This document shows positions 12,281 through 27,509 of a stretch of DNA of 64,000 bases, in pieces. The position numbers and the translations under genes were made by a program. Position 1 is the stretch's first letter; each line of letters starts with the position of its first letter. The notes under the pieces are model-generated. The model worked only from the letters and a program-made list of their open reading frames with translations, made no database searches and was not told where the DNA came from. The stretch is from the human T2T-CHM13v2.0 reference genome, Homo sapiens. Where the stretch lies: assembly GCF_009914755.1 (NCBI RefSeq), contig NC_060926.1; one strand, given 5' to 3'.

Positions 12281-12799
12281 TTTATTTCTTCTTTCTTTCC
12301 TTTGCTCTACTGTATTTGAACCTCAGATACAGGTACCATATTTAATCATTCTCTTGATTTAATCATACACATTGAAGATTCCAGGACTGGGTTTGCTCTA
12401 GTCTCTCTTAACAGAGAGAACTAGCCCATATATATGTGAATTCCAATCATCGTAAACACATATGTCTATAACTACTTGTAAAATATATATTTATTTGCAT
12501 CTATATTGAGCAAACGTGAGTTTATACTGATGTTCCCAAATCTAATCTAGTACCACATGGTTCATTCTAGCTTTCGCCCCTGGCTTACCTGTTCTATCGT
12601 AGCCTGACAGCGAGGAACTGGCTCCCCGTCATCCATCCCATTTTATTTGTTCAATGCCAGTTTACATGTGCAGTGGTTTTAAAATCGTTAACTCAGATCT
12701 TTGTGGGGAACAACTTCACCAACTAAAGTACATTGATTATGTATAGTGTCCTTCGTTTATAGTCTTAGTCTCTACTCATTTCTAAAACTACTTAGGTCT

Positions 12800-13110
12800 G
12801 GCGGGGCACGATGGCTCACGCCTGTAATCCCAGCACTTTGTGAGGCCGAGGCGGGCGGATCATGAGGTCAGGAGATCGAGACCATCCTGGCTAACATGGT
12901 GATAACCCGTCTCTACTAAAAATACAAAACATTAGCCAGGCATGGTGGTGTGCGCCTGTAGTCCCAGCTACTCGGGAGGCTGAGGCAGGAGAATGGAGTG
13001 AACCCGGGAGGCGGAGCTTGCAGTGAGCCCAGACGCACCACTGCACTCCAGCCTGGGAGACAGAGCCAGACTCCGTCTCAAAAAAATAAATAAATAAAAA
13101 TTAAAAAAAT
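12800..13110 (+). mobile_element. AluY, full length
   Basis: Diagnostics gagaccatcctggctaaca and gcggagcttgcag. TSD aaaa(c/t)tacttaggtct at 12784-12799 and 13111-13126. Confidence 0.97.
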
Positions 13111-13778
13111 AAAATTACTTAGGTCTTTAATTTCTTTTACCAAAGTTTTGTAATTTTTCATGTATATGTATATATTCTGAATGCATTATGTTAGATTTAT
13201 ACATAAGTATTTCTTTAATACTTTTGGAGTTAAAGAAGTGTTTATTGTGTTTTATTTTCAATATCCAAATTCTAATATTCATTGCTGGTATATAGAAAAC
13301 CAGTTCATACTTGTATATTCACCTTTTATCTTGTGACCTTGCTCCCTTGTTTGTAGCACATTTTTTATTCTTTGGGGTTTTCTACCCAGGCAAACAAATA
13401 CAGTTTTTTCCTTCTTCTCAAGCTGTGGATTTCTTATGTCTTTATATATTTATTTATTTTGTTTTATTGTCCTCCCTATGACTTCTAGTAAAATGTTGAG
13501 TGGAAGTGGTGAAAGAAGACATTCTTGTCTTGTTCCCGATCTTGGAGGAGAAGCAGCCTATTTCTTACTATTATTTATGTTTGCTATAGGAGCTTTTTGT
13601 AGATGTCCCTTATCAAGTTGAACAAGATACCCTCTATTCTTAGTATTCTGAGAGTTTTTAATTGTGAATGGGTGTTGGATTTTGTCAAATGTTTTTACTA
13701 CACCTAGTCATAGGATCATATGATTATTCTTCGTTGGCCTGTTGGTGTGGTAAATTACATACATTGATTTTCAAATGT

Positions 13779-14013
13779 TGATCTCGGCTCACTGAAACCT
13801 CTGCCTCCTGAGTTCAAGCAATTCTCGTGCCTCAGCCCTCTGAGTAGCTGGAATTACAGGCGCAGGCCACCATGACTGGCTAATTTTTGTATTTTTAGTA
13901 GAGATGTGGTTTCACCATGTTGGCCAGTCTGGTTTCAAACTCCTTACCTTAAGTTATCTGCTGTTCTCGGCCTCCCAAAGTGCTGGGATTAAAGGCATGA
14001 GCCATTGTGCCCG
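13779..14013 (-). mobile_element. AluS lacking its 3' end and tail
   Basis: Starts abruptly at gatctcggctcactg with no poly-T; ends at gagccattgtgcccga. Confidence 0.93.
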
Positions 14014-14130
14014 ATCAAATGTAGGTCTTTTAAAATGTGCTGGTAAGTATTCCTTCCTCTTTTACTGTTTTTCAAAGATATTGTATAGAATTTATATTAT
14101 TTCTTTAAGTGTTTGGTAGAATTTACCTGA

Positions 14131-14500
<370 letters not shown>

Positions 14501-15528
14501 TTTTGTCTTTTGTTTTTAACTACTAATTTAAAATCATTAATAGATGTAAGACTACTCTTGTTTTCTATTTCCCTTTTAATTAATTTTAGTAGTTAGTATC
14601 TTTCAAAAAACTGATAGTTGCATCTAAGTTAATAGGTTTGTGGTGCAAAGTTGTCTGTAATAATTCACTGATTATTGAGCCAGGGGATCAATAACCTCTA
14701 TACTGATTATGAATTCTATGTTTTTTTCTTGGTTAGCCTGGAAAGAAGTTTATCAAATTTATTAATCTTGTCAAAGAAATAGCTTTCAGCTTTGTTGATT
14801 TTCACCAGTTTTTTTGTTTGTTTTCAGTTTTATTAGTTCCCGCTCTAATATTAATAATTTTCTTCTTTCTGGTTGGCTTAATAAAAATTACCTAATTTTT
14901 CTGCTTCATTTAATTTGGCTTTCTATAGGCTTAATTTGTTCTTAATCTAATTTCCTTACAGGGAAACATATGTTATTAATTTCGGATTTTTTTTCTATAA
15001 TGTGCATTTTAGCACTATGAATTTTCCTCTAAATACTGTTTTCACTTCATCCTCAAACCATAAGTTGTATTTTAATTTTTATTTAGTTAAAATATTTTGT
15101 AATTTATCTTAAGACTTCTTTAATCCATAATTATTTTAAAGTGAATAATTTCCACATATTTTCAAAAATTTAGATATATTTTTTGTTATTAATTTCTAGC
15201 TTAATTCTCTTGCAGCCTCATAATATACTTTGTATGATTTTTATTCTTTTAAGTTTATTATAATGTATTTTATGGTCCAGAATGTGATCTATTTTAGTGA
15301 CTGTTCCATGTGTATTTTACTGTTGTTGGACAGAGCATTCTAAAAAGGTCAATTTGATCACATTGTTTGCTATTGCTGTTCAGGGTATTTGTTCTTACTA
15401 CCTGCTTGCTCTAGTAATTAAGGAGAGATGTTGGAGACTCAAAGTGTATTAGTGGATTTGACTGTTTTTCCTTGTAGTTCTTTCAATTTTCTTTTTATGT
15501 GTTGATATTTTATGTTGTTAGGTGTATA

Positions 15529-15729
15529 TGGTAAGTCCATATTTAGTGAAGTCCACAGGTTCTTGGAAACTGCAACACAACATAGAGCAGGTCTCCACAT
15601 AATATCATTTCCATCAATGTCATTTTGCTATAACATTGATGAGGGGAAAAAATGGTTTTGTTATCTATCATTTCATTTAAAATAGTGGTTTCCCAGAACC
15701 TATGGATGGCATTAACTGAGGACTTATTG
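15529..15729. mobile_element. MER6B-like Tigger MITE
   Basis: Degenerate terminal inverted repeats (tggtaagtcc...ggttcttggaaactgc and gtggtttcccagaacc...ggacttattg) flanked by TA. Confidence 0.8.
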
Positions 15730-18700
15730 TACATGTTTAGGATTGTATGTCATGGAGTATTGACACTTTTGTTATTCTGTAATGCCCCTCTTGATCCCTG
15801 ATGATTTTTCTTTGTGTGATGTCTACTTGTTGGAATATAGCTATTGATCGATGTCATCATGGTATATTTTTCTCCATCTCTTTACTTTTAACCTATCTGA
15901 GTCTTCATATTTAAAGGAGTTTCTTAGAGACAGCATATGGTTGGATTTTATTGTTCTTGTTTTAAATAAATATGATAAGCTCCTTCAAATGTTATCTTAA
16001 AACCACTTACACTTCATGGCTTATAATCACTTATAGTGATTATAAATATAACTGGATTAAAATCTACCATCTATGTAAGTATTCTCTATTGATTTCATTT
16101 GTTCTTTTCTTTTTTTCTGCCTTTTGTGCTTTTAATTGATTATATAATTCTATATTATCTACTGTGTTACTAATTTTTTAAAATTGTTCATTGTTTGTCC
16201 TACCATTTATAAATATTTTTAAATGTTAAATATTAAATGTCAAATCCACCTGTCAACTGACACTATAGTGCTTAATATTTAGTACAGTTACCTTATAACA
16301 GAATATTCCTAATATTTCTATCCCTTCTGGTGATGCTTTCATTTCTCTTACCCAAATTCTATAATTACCCAGTAAATTATTATTATTGTTTAAAAATTAT
16401 CTTTTATATCAATTATGAATAATGAAATAAAATATTTTTATATCTTAACTTATTCCTTCTCAGCTGCCCTTCCTTTTGTGACACACAGCCATGCTTTTGG
16501 CCTATATTATTTTGTTTCTGCTTAAATAACTGTTTTTAACGTTATCTAAAGAACAAGTCTACTGGCAATTAATTAATTCCTTCAGTTGCATTTGTCTGAG
16601 AAAATATTTACTTCTTCACTTTTGAATATTCATTTTACTGAATATAGAATTCTAGGTTTGTAGGGTTTTTTTTCCTTCTGTTATTTAAATATTTCACATC
16701 ACTCTCTTCTTGTTTGAATAATTTCTGAAGAAAAGCCTCATGTAAGACTTATCCCTGTTCTTGTATAGGTAAGTTGTTTTTCTCTCTCTTCAAGATTTTA
16801 GCTTTGCCTTTAGTTTTCTGAAGTTTAAATATGATAACTTAGGTTGGTTTTGTTTTTATGTTTTTGGTTTGTTTGTTTCATATTTAACATCTTTGTTTTC
16901 TGAGCTTTCTAGCTCTGTGGTTTGCTACCTGTCATTAAAATTGAAGAGTTTTTTAAACTATCATTACTTCAAATATTTCTTCAGTTTTATTCCCTCTTTC
17001 TTCTTCTTCTGGTATGCTTCTCCTCCTTATGGTTTCTGAAGTTTTGATTGACTTATTTTCTATTGCACTGATTCTTTTCCTCAACTGTGTTAACTCTACT
17101 AATTAATGCATTGGAGTCATTCTTATCTTCAGCTACCTGGTTTTTAATTTGTAGCACTTTCTTTTGGTTCTTTCTGATAGTTTCCATCTCTGCTGATACT
17201 GCCCTTCTAGCCTTGCATATTGCACCCATTTTCCATTAGCACCCTTAAAATAATCATACTTATTTTAAATTGTTTGTGTTCCAACATCTGTGTTTTATGT
17301 AAATTTGATCCTTACACTTGTTTTGGCAATTCAGATTGTGTGTGATTTTGTGTTTGCTTTTGTTTTGTCTTTTGATATGCCTTGTACAAATTTTTTGAAA
17401 ACTGAACAAGTTGTATTAGGTAATGGGTACTGAGTTACAGAGACATTTAGTATGAGGATTTATGTTAATATGTATGGAAATTTGGACTGTGTTTCATGTT
17501 TGTTGTAGCTATAAGTACCAGAGATTTTATAATCTTCTATTGTTTTTATCTCCTCTCATGGTGTTGGGGCGTTTTTATTGTTCTCCAGAGAAAGGTTGTG
17601 CCTTTTCCAGCTCTTTTAGCTCTCTATTATTATTCTGGAGGCTTGCTGGTGAGGTCATATGCTAATTAAAGTCTCATTCTTTCAGTGGGCCTGTGTCTCA
17701 GGGGTGAGTGAGATCTTCGCAACTGTTTCTGTCGCTTATACGTGGTCTACCCTCTTCCCCATTTACCCATTTCCTTCCATGGCTGTAGTGGGTTTTTTTC
17801 TTCTTGTTGTTGTTGTTTCTATTTCTTTGAAACCCTCTCCTGGTTGACTATATTTTTGTTCTTGAGTTTTTTTTTTCCTCCCTTTGGTGAGACAGAAATT
17901 CTGGATTTTGCTGGAGTGAGGCAGAATTTATTTCCTCTGGGATGAAGTTTCAAACAGAATTGTCCTCTGAAGGAGTCCTCCTTCTTGGAGATTGGGCTTC
18001 TGGTATTGAGAAAAGTTTGAGAGTGCCTCACAATGGTTACTCTTCTCCTCCTCAGTCGGGGCAATGAGGAGATTCTTCTCAGATCTTCATTATGAGAATG
18101 TGGTAGGGGTCCTGTGGAGAAAGTCTGTGAAAGTATAGCGCCCCTGCCACCACCACCCCTCCACGTCGGCAGCCCCCTGGAGCTTCTCACTCCCATGCTA
18201 GTTCACATGCAACCTCCAGTACTTTTTCACAATTTCATGTGTTTCTACCAGTTCATGAATTCCAGAGGCTTCAGTTCCATACAGGCAAATAATGGATCCT
18301 GTATCTCTCAGGATGTGCCTATGGCTCTAGACTTTAGGGTTGTAGTAACCTAAGTTATGTATAAATTTAAAAGAAGTAATTGTTTTTTAGTTTTCTAGCT
18401 TTCGATAGTAATAATGGAAGTGATGGTTTCCAAGCTCTTTCCATGCAAGAGCTGATACTAAAATAACCCACTGGTCTTTTACCCACACAATTCTCCTGAA
18501 TACCTGAGATGACCACAGATGATTCAGAATATTTGATTTTTAAGACAATAACTAAAATTAAATTTAAAATATTTTTAAATATGTTAAAATATCTTGGAGA
18601 ATGTATCTGTAGACTTGAATTTGAAAATAACTGATTCAGGTGAATGCTCTTTCTGAAGCACAGGGATATTTACATCAGGATTTTCAAACTGTTTCCTTGA

Positions 18701-19234
18701 CAGGTTAAGTTGGTTTAGGTACTGTGCAAACAAAATACAATCTATCAGACAATGAAGATTTTAACTGCCCGAGGAAAGTATTCACTGCCTCTATATGTTT
18801 TATATAGAAGAGTTATAAAAAATGAGTTCTGCTGCTAAAAACGTTTGAAAAACCTAAGTCCTTAATGATCTTTCAGAGCTCTTTGAACAAGGGCCATGCC
18901 TCAAAAGATGAACAAGAGGTTCTTAAACAGCTGTGTAATTAAATAAGCTCAGGAAATGCTGTGTTAAAGTTACACAGATTATTTACTTCAGTAATTTTAA
19001 TATTCTAGTTTGTGTGGTGAAAATTCAGGAGGGGAACACAGTATATTAGATGCTTTATGGTTTTTAATTAAGGTAACAGTTGTATGGGTGTTTGTTTTGT
19101 TTTGTTTGTTTTTTGTAGGACACCAATCTATATTAGTGAGACAATTAGTTTCTTGCAATGAATGATACAATTTGGGAAACACTGCTCAAATTAATGATAT
19201 TATGATACATCTATTGAATGCATTACATTTTTTC

Positions 19235-19365
19235 AGGCACTAAGTGCTTAGTATGTATTCAATTACTCCATTTTTATAGATGAGGCCTAAAGGTGTGCTA
19301 TATAACATGCCTAAGGTTATACAGTGAGTGAGTCACCAGGATTTGAACCCAGGTTTGTCTGACCT
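19235..19365 (-). mobile_element. MIR SINE fragment
   Basis: ccatttttatagatgagg...atgcctaaggttatacag...ggatttgaacccaggtttgtctgac. Confidence 0.8.
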
Positions 19366-19934
19366 TCTATTATTGTAAATTCAGGATACAATTTATTTCA
19401 AATTCTTCAAATATGTCTTTGGTCTACCAGTTTTCTGACCTCCTGGCCTACCTATTGGCTTTCAGTAATTTTAATTATTAGATAGATGTTAACATTTCTT
19501 GTAAAACAATTCCACAGTTTTGTCCATGCGGGGCCAATGGACTAGATAAACTGGGACACTTACAAATCTGAAATTTTCTCTTCTCTGAATTTTCACAATT
19601 ATATGCATCTTTTAATTTCCCAAGTTATTTTTCCTTTTGTATTTTATTTCAAAATTTTTATTTGTCTAATTCAATTTATTATCTTTTCTTTAACTTTTGA
19701 TTCTCAAGCATTTTACTTTCTGATTTCAACATATATGGACTACTTCTATGTTTCATGTTGGATGTCCCCACCTTCTTGCAGCTGAACAGATGAAGGGAAA
19801 AGTGGTTGGGAGTAGTGAAAACTGATTAATTAGTATAATGAGGACTACTCTTGGAGTGCAGGAGCCTGCTAGGAAGGAAAAATAGCCAAAGTCATGATAT
19901 TTGTAAAGAAAAAAACATAATTTATGTAGTGTGA

Positions 19935-20178
19935 TTATTTTTAACCTTCTATTTTCAAATACTTGTAGATCCACAGGAAGTAGCAAAGATAGGACAAGAC
20001 GATCTCCTGTACCCTTCACGTGGTCCTCCCCAGTGCTTACAAAGTAAATAAGTATAGCACAATATAAAACCAGGAAATTCACATTGGTTCAATGTGTGTA
20101 TATGGTTCTATGACATTTTATCACACGTGTAGATTCATGTAACCACCACTGCAATCAAGACAAGAGTTATTCTGTTAT
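19935..20178 (-). mobile_element. L1MC-type 3'-terminal fragment
   Basis: gtagatccacaggaagtagcaaagata...gtagattcatgtaaccaccactgcaatcaagac. Confidence 0.75.
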
Positions 20179-22478
20179 ACTTGGTGTGATTTTTGACTCA
20201 TTGTATACTATGCTATGGATCCCAGCTGACATTCTTAAACGATCTTTTCCAGGGAATGGAACACAGTGAACTGTGGCTTCTAAAGCCAGTCAATGAAAGA
20301 GACAACTAGTGACGTTCAAAAAATTTGAAGCAAAACTCTACTCTGAAATAGAGATCTAGAAAAAATTATCAGAGACATCAGATAAAGCATGCAAACACTG
20401 AGATTCTTTAAACTCCATGAGAGGAGAATAAAGAAATGAGTTGGGATAAAGAGCCTAATGTCAGAAATTAATCACCTTGTAAGAGTCATGCAGTAGGGTC
20501 CTTTTCTCTCTAACACCTAACTTTGAACCATCTGATGCTTTGGAAAGATGCATATTTCTAGAGGAAAGGCTGCATAGCTACTCTCACAGGGGTCTCTAGC
20601 GTTGACTATCAACTAGACTTCATAATAAACATTAACCCAGAACTGCACTAAAATTTGAGGCAGATCTTAGCTTGTACATCTACCTGTTACATGCCTCTTT
20701 GCTCTAAATCTGGTATAATATATTGCTATTTTTAGTTATCTGGTATTCTTAAACTTACCGTAACACCTTTTTTGTTTGGCATGCACAATTATCGGTTCAA
20801 TAGTGTATTTTGTCTCACAGAGATTATAATGACACATATTCTAACTTGTAAATGTTGCTATGATTTCAAAATCATTGCTTTGCTACATTAATTTGTAGTT
20901 CTAGTATTATTGGTTCCATTATACTGAAGACTGACAACATTCTTTAGTAAATAATTATTAGCTAATGCTATTTTACCCTGTAAGCACAAACACTTGGTTA
21001 CAGATTTTCTGATACAACTAATGTAAGGGCTTTTTTATTCAAGCTAAAATATACAATATAAAATGATAGTGCTTATAGATTTCTTATTTATTTATGACTC
21101 TTTAATGAGGCATTGTTGGGATTAAATGGCACATGGAATAGACACAGAAAGCATACATTTCAAAGGACATTACACTGAATTATCACAATACATTAAAGGA
21201 TGAAAATAACTCTGAAATATATTTTGGAAGCCACTGTTTTGTTTTAAGGTGATATTTAATATGTAAATGTAGTTTCCAGCAATACTACATAGGCCATGAA
21301 AACATAATTCAAAAAATAATTATTAACTCCAAAACTAATATGATAAAACATGGCTAGAGCTTAAACTATAAGAAATAAAACATTTAACTATAATTCTTCA
21401 ACTTCAGCAAATATAAATTATTTTGCCCATAATCTTTCAGAACTTGTTTTATTCATGCAAAATTTTGCATTTATTAGTCAAATGCAATTTTGTATTTTGC
21501 ATTTTCTCATCGCCTATTCCTAAATAAGTATTTTATTTTTGGTTAAATTAGTAGTTTTTAAGAAGTTTATAATATCAATTTAAATATTCTCTAATATTTG
21601 AACAATTAGTTTCCAAGTTTTAACTGTTATTAGTACTTTAAAATAAAAAGTCTTCAGAGAGATAAATACCTCCTAGTTTTCTATTACTGACTTAAACACA
21701 ATCCCTTGATACACAATCATGAATAGTCCTTAAATGTAGCTAGATGAAGATGTTAACAGGGGCTCCTAAAATTTATATGATACTCTCCCTTGGCTTGAGG
21801 GGAATATTTTTTTAAACCACACTATGTATTTCAGTGATGTATGCTACTTCGTATTTAAAGGAAGGCATCCTTTGTGTTCCTAAGTATCATTCATGTTCTT
21901 CACATTTAGTACAGTACAACATTGTAAGATTAAGGGAAAATATTTTCTTGAATGTCAACTTAGTACAGATACTTCAACGTCACTCACAGGGGTATTGTGG
22001 TGGCGACTCTGCTTAGTGCTGCTAGGAGGCCACATCGGCCTTGGAAATGGGACAATTGTGTGGGCTTAGATTTCTAAGGATTGGGCAACCTCGAGAATGT
22101 TAGCTGGAGAATCCATACAGAAATTCACATATTTATCTTGCTGTGACAGAACATGCTGTGATACCGCTTTCTTGTTTTTACAGATTATTATTATTAAGCA
22201 GTATCATAATAAATAAACGCTTTGGTAATATTTAATTTCAACATGAAATCAATACTTTTAGTCATTCATTTCAGGTTGTCTTTTCATCCATATGATGTAT
22301 TTTGAAAAATTGTATTTTGAAAGTATACAAATTTGGAAGAAAAAAATTGAAAATAAAAACCATTTATGAATAGGAAATAACCTTAAAAATCTGTCTGTTA
22401 AACAGCAAATATATGGGTATAACAAGTTATCAGTAGTTATGTAAATCCAATAAGCTATGGCCTACAAGAATTGGTAGA

Positions 22479-22676
22479 TGGGGCTGTCACATTTTGCAAA
22501 TATACAGAAAGCCCATTTAAATTTGGAATTCAGATAAACACGGATTTGTTTTTAGAATATCTCATGTAATAAGTATATATTGTATAATGTTTGGGATATG
22601 CTTATACAAAAATGTTGTGTGTTATCTATCAGAAACTGAAATTTAACTATGTTCTCTCTTTTGTCTGGCAACCTTA
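22479..22676. mobile_element. MER53 (hAT-type palindromic MITE)
   Basis: Ends tggggctgtca and tggcaacctta; internal ttaaatttggaattcagataaac, ttgggatatgcttatac and ctgaaatttaact. Confidence 0.8.
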
Positions 22677-24507
22677 TTTAAGACAGGAGACTCACTGGAA
22701 TTCCAGTATTTTGGTAACTAATGCAATAAAGGTTTAGTTAAGATCATATTAAACTCTGACTTCATCACTCTACTCACATAAGCACAATACAGCCAAATAA
22801 CCAAGGCAACAAATTTGACTTTATCTCTTTTTAAATTTGAATTTATCTTTTTCAGATTTTTTTTCACTCTTCACCCACATATACACACACATATTCGTGA
22901 AAACTAACCAGTTATTTGCAACATTTTGAATCTAGTTTTAGGAAGAAATGTATCTGTGTGATTGTTATTGCCTAGTTATTTATATCATAGGGTTTATAAA
23001 AGGTTCCACTAAGTAATGAAATGTTAGATGGCTTGTCTGATTTAAATAACCAAACTTTAAAAGGAGCTTATTCATTATTATATATAAAGCAATTTTCCAA
23101 GAGCACAGCTGTGCAATTTTATTCCATTGAAACCTCCTCCCACTTAGCAAAATATTTAGATATGTAGACATATAGATAGAGAATTATAATAGGGCAGAGA
23201 GGAAATAGACAATGATTAAAGGATAAATTCCATTTGCCACAACATATTTTCATGATTTCCCCCCCATGAATCTACTGCCTTTGGGGTGTTTGGTGGCTAA
23301 AATAGCAGTGAGAGCTTGTTGTCGCTGAAGCATGTTGTTGCAAATGCTTTATGCCCTGCCTTTCTCCCAGTGACTCTCTTGCTTTCTTTCCTAATGGTAC
23401 CATCTGCCACTCATAGAACTGTCGCAGAAAACACAGAGATCTGATCAAAGGTCATTGGTATTGATAGCGCTTACTTAGCAGGTGCCTCTGCAATCAGTTT
23501 TAATGAGTTTGAGCCCTACTTATTTCTCCTCCTGCTACTGGTCTATTGAAAAAAAAAAATAGTTGGCAGAGGTGTCAATGACACCACAGGCACAAACTTC
23601 CTTGATAAGCTTTGATTTAAAGAGCCAAGAGGCAAAACCCAAAGTAACTCCTGATGCGTGTGTTCCTGTGACAGAGGCAGTTAGAGGAGGCTTAGGAAAC
23701 TCATCTTTGAGTGATAGTGAAGACTCAGTACGGCATTGGCCTCATCGTTATTCCACAAGGCTCACCTGCAAAGTGTATCCGCAAGGTGCAATTTGAAGTG
23801 ATTATTTTAATCACAAAGTTTCAAATGGGAGCAACATGAGAGATCACCACCCAAATTTTCAGATGTTCAATGCCATTTTCAGGTAGGCTCACTGTTTTTT
23901 TTTTATGAAACCCTGAATGTCCTGCTCACCATCACTTGTTGGTCTTCTTATTCATTTTCTTTAAAACACCTGGGATTTTTTTAGGTGACCTAGATCAGTA
24001 GCAATCGATGATAAATAGAGTTGTGAGTTGCTGCCAAATCTTGGGTGGGTAGGCCAAAAAGCACATAGATAAAAAAGCAAAAATTATTTAAACCTTTGCC
24101 AAGGAAAGGGCACTCACTATAACTATTATGGCTTATTTAAAAAGCAACAATAGGTCACAACTTGTGTGTTATCCACCTCCTTTAATTTATGCCTTCATCT
24201 GATCAGTTATTCTTAAAAATGTTATTAGAACACTTTGTGTATGTTTGTGTGGCAGACATGAAGTTAAGCAGTAGACAGTGCTGGACACGGGCTATGATCT
24301 TTGCCCCAGTGGAGTCTAGTGGTAATTATGTGTTGACTTTTATGAGTTTCCTAAAACCTAAGTTAATTTCTTTGATTTTATGCCGAACTTATTAACTCTT
24401 GATTTCGATTTTTAAGAGAAGTCCTGTGGTAGAACCTATTGAGTTTAATGCTTATTTTACATGGATAATTGCTTGGGGCAGGGATAATCTTTTTTGACCA
24501 CTGGGGT

Positions 24508-25036
24508 ACATTAGTTATCTATTGCTATGCAGCAAATTACGCCAGCTTAGTGACAAAAACCAACAAGTATTTATCTCACTCTGTTTCTGTAGGTCAGGAA
24601 TCCAAGCGCGGCTCAGCTGCTGGTTCCGGCTCAGCGCCTCCACTCGGCTCGCACTGAAGATGTGGGCCAATGTTGCAGTTATCTGGAGGTCTGGCTAAGC
24701 TGGTGATCCACTTTAAGTGCACTTATGTGACCAGTGGCTGGGGACTTCGGTTCCTCACTGCAAAGGTATCTCCATAGGACTGTTCGTAATACAGCAGCTG
24801 GCTTCTTTAAGAACAAAGGGAGCAGGAGCGAGAGACAGTCCATGAAAAAAAGCTGCATTGCCTTTTATAATCTAATAGTGGAGGTGACACGCCATCATTT
24901 CTGCCATGTTTTATTGGTCACACAGACCAACTCTGGTACAATGTAGGAAGGGATTAAACAGGGAAGTAACACCAGAATATGGAAACATTGCGGGGGGTGG
25001 CGGGGGGGGGAGGTCCTCTGAGAGACTGCTACCACC
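24508..25036 (-). mobile_element. MLT1G/H-type MaLR LTR
   Basis: attagttatctattgct...ctgtaggtcaggaatcc...gccatcatttctgccatgttttattggtcacacagacc...gctaccac. Confidence 0.85.
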
Positions 25037-25315
25037 TGTGGTTTTCATAATACCAAATATGGAAAAGTTTTACTATTTTAATTTGCAACAGCTAACAAAG
25101 TCAGTGGATGAAAATAGGGTTTTTCTCTGTCAATGAAATAAAATTGTTTAAAAATTGTTACTATGTTGCCTTCTTAATTGATTAAATTGCTTTAAGCAGT
25201 TATAGGTCACCTTCTGAATCTCATATTGGTGTGCCCTTCTGTGCAGTCCTAGTGAAAGTTTCTCTTTCAGCTTGTTAAAAAACATTTCTTCTTGTTATAA
25301 AAATCATATGGGGCT

Positions 25316-25830
25316 ATATTAGTTTTCTGTTCCTGATATGATTTATTACATAAACTTAGTAGCTTCAAACAATATCATTTTTTCTCACAGTGTCTATGGT
25401 TTGGACCTGATGGGGGCCTCACCTTATGCTTTCAGAGGATTGGACTCAAGGTGCTGGCTGAGTTGCATTCCTTACAAGAGACCCTGAAGAGGAATTTTCT
25501 TCCACTGATATTCAGGTGTTTGGCTGAATTCCGTTCCTTTTGGTTGTAGGTCTGAGGTCCTCTTTACTTGGTAGCTGTCAGATGGAGTGTTTACTTGAGA
25601 GCTGTCAGATGGAGCCTGGTCTTTGCTCCCTGAAGCGCCTGTGTTTCTCTCGTGCTTTCCATATGTCTTGGCCCAGCAACAGCAGGTCAAGTCTCTCTCA
25701 TGCTTTGAATCTGACTTCTCCTTCTGCCCCCTGTTTGCCTTCAATCAAAAAAATTTATTTGAATTTAGGGGTTTATGTGATTAGATTTTGCCCACCCAGA
25801 TAACCGCAGATCATCTATCTTAAGACCCTA
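25316..25830 (-). mobile_element. MLT1E/D-type MaLR LTR
   Basis: tattagttttctgtt...caaggtgctggctgagttgcattcctt...ggttgtaggtctgaggtcc...gcccacccagataa. Contains a ~25-bp tandem duplication at 25563-25615. Confidence 0.8.
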
Positions 25831-25849
25831 ATCAGTCCAGTATTTGCAG

Positions 25850-27000
<1,151 letters not shown>

Positions 27001-27024
27001 TACTATGATTTATTTTGATACTGG

Positions 27025-27509
27025 TGTAGGGCAGAAAAGATTTCTTTTCTCACCCATGACTAGCCTTGTAGCTAAGACACCTATGACAAAAGACAGATTA
27101 ACAAAAGAAAAGCATACACATTTTAATGTAAGTTTTATGTGACACGGGAGCCTTCAGAAATGAAGACCTAAAGAAAGAGGTAAACTCGTGCATTTTTATG
27201 CTTAGGTTTGATGAAGGGTAGACAGCTATAAAGTGTGATTGTATGAGTGGTCTTAACTCATTATAATAGACTGGGGACAACTTAACAAGGCTTGTTTTTT
27301 TTCAGATTCTTCTAGGCATCCGGTGTCTTCAGAGATAAGGATATTAATGAGGGCCTGACAACCCTCATTCAGATGAAGGTCAGAGAATTCTTTTATGGCC
27401 TGCTTTAGGTGAGAAGGGTGGGAGAAGGTGAGATTGACCTTCCTACCTCTGCTGTTTTCTCAAATGCTAAGATGTTATATTTTGGGGTAGCATACCCTAA
27501 ACACCATAA
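27025..27509 (-). mobile_element. ERV1 solo LTR (MER34/MER39 group)
   Basis: tgtagggcagaaaag...acaaaagacagattaacaaaagaaaagc...tattttggggtagcataccct. 4-bp TSD ctgg at 27021-27024 and 27510-27513. Confidence 0.85.
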
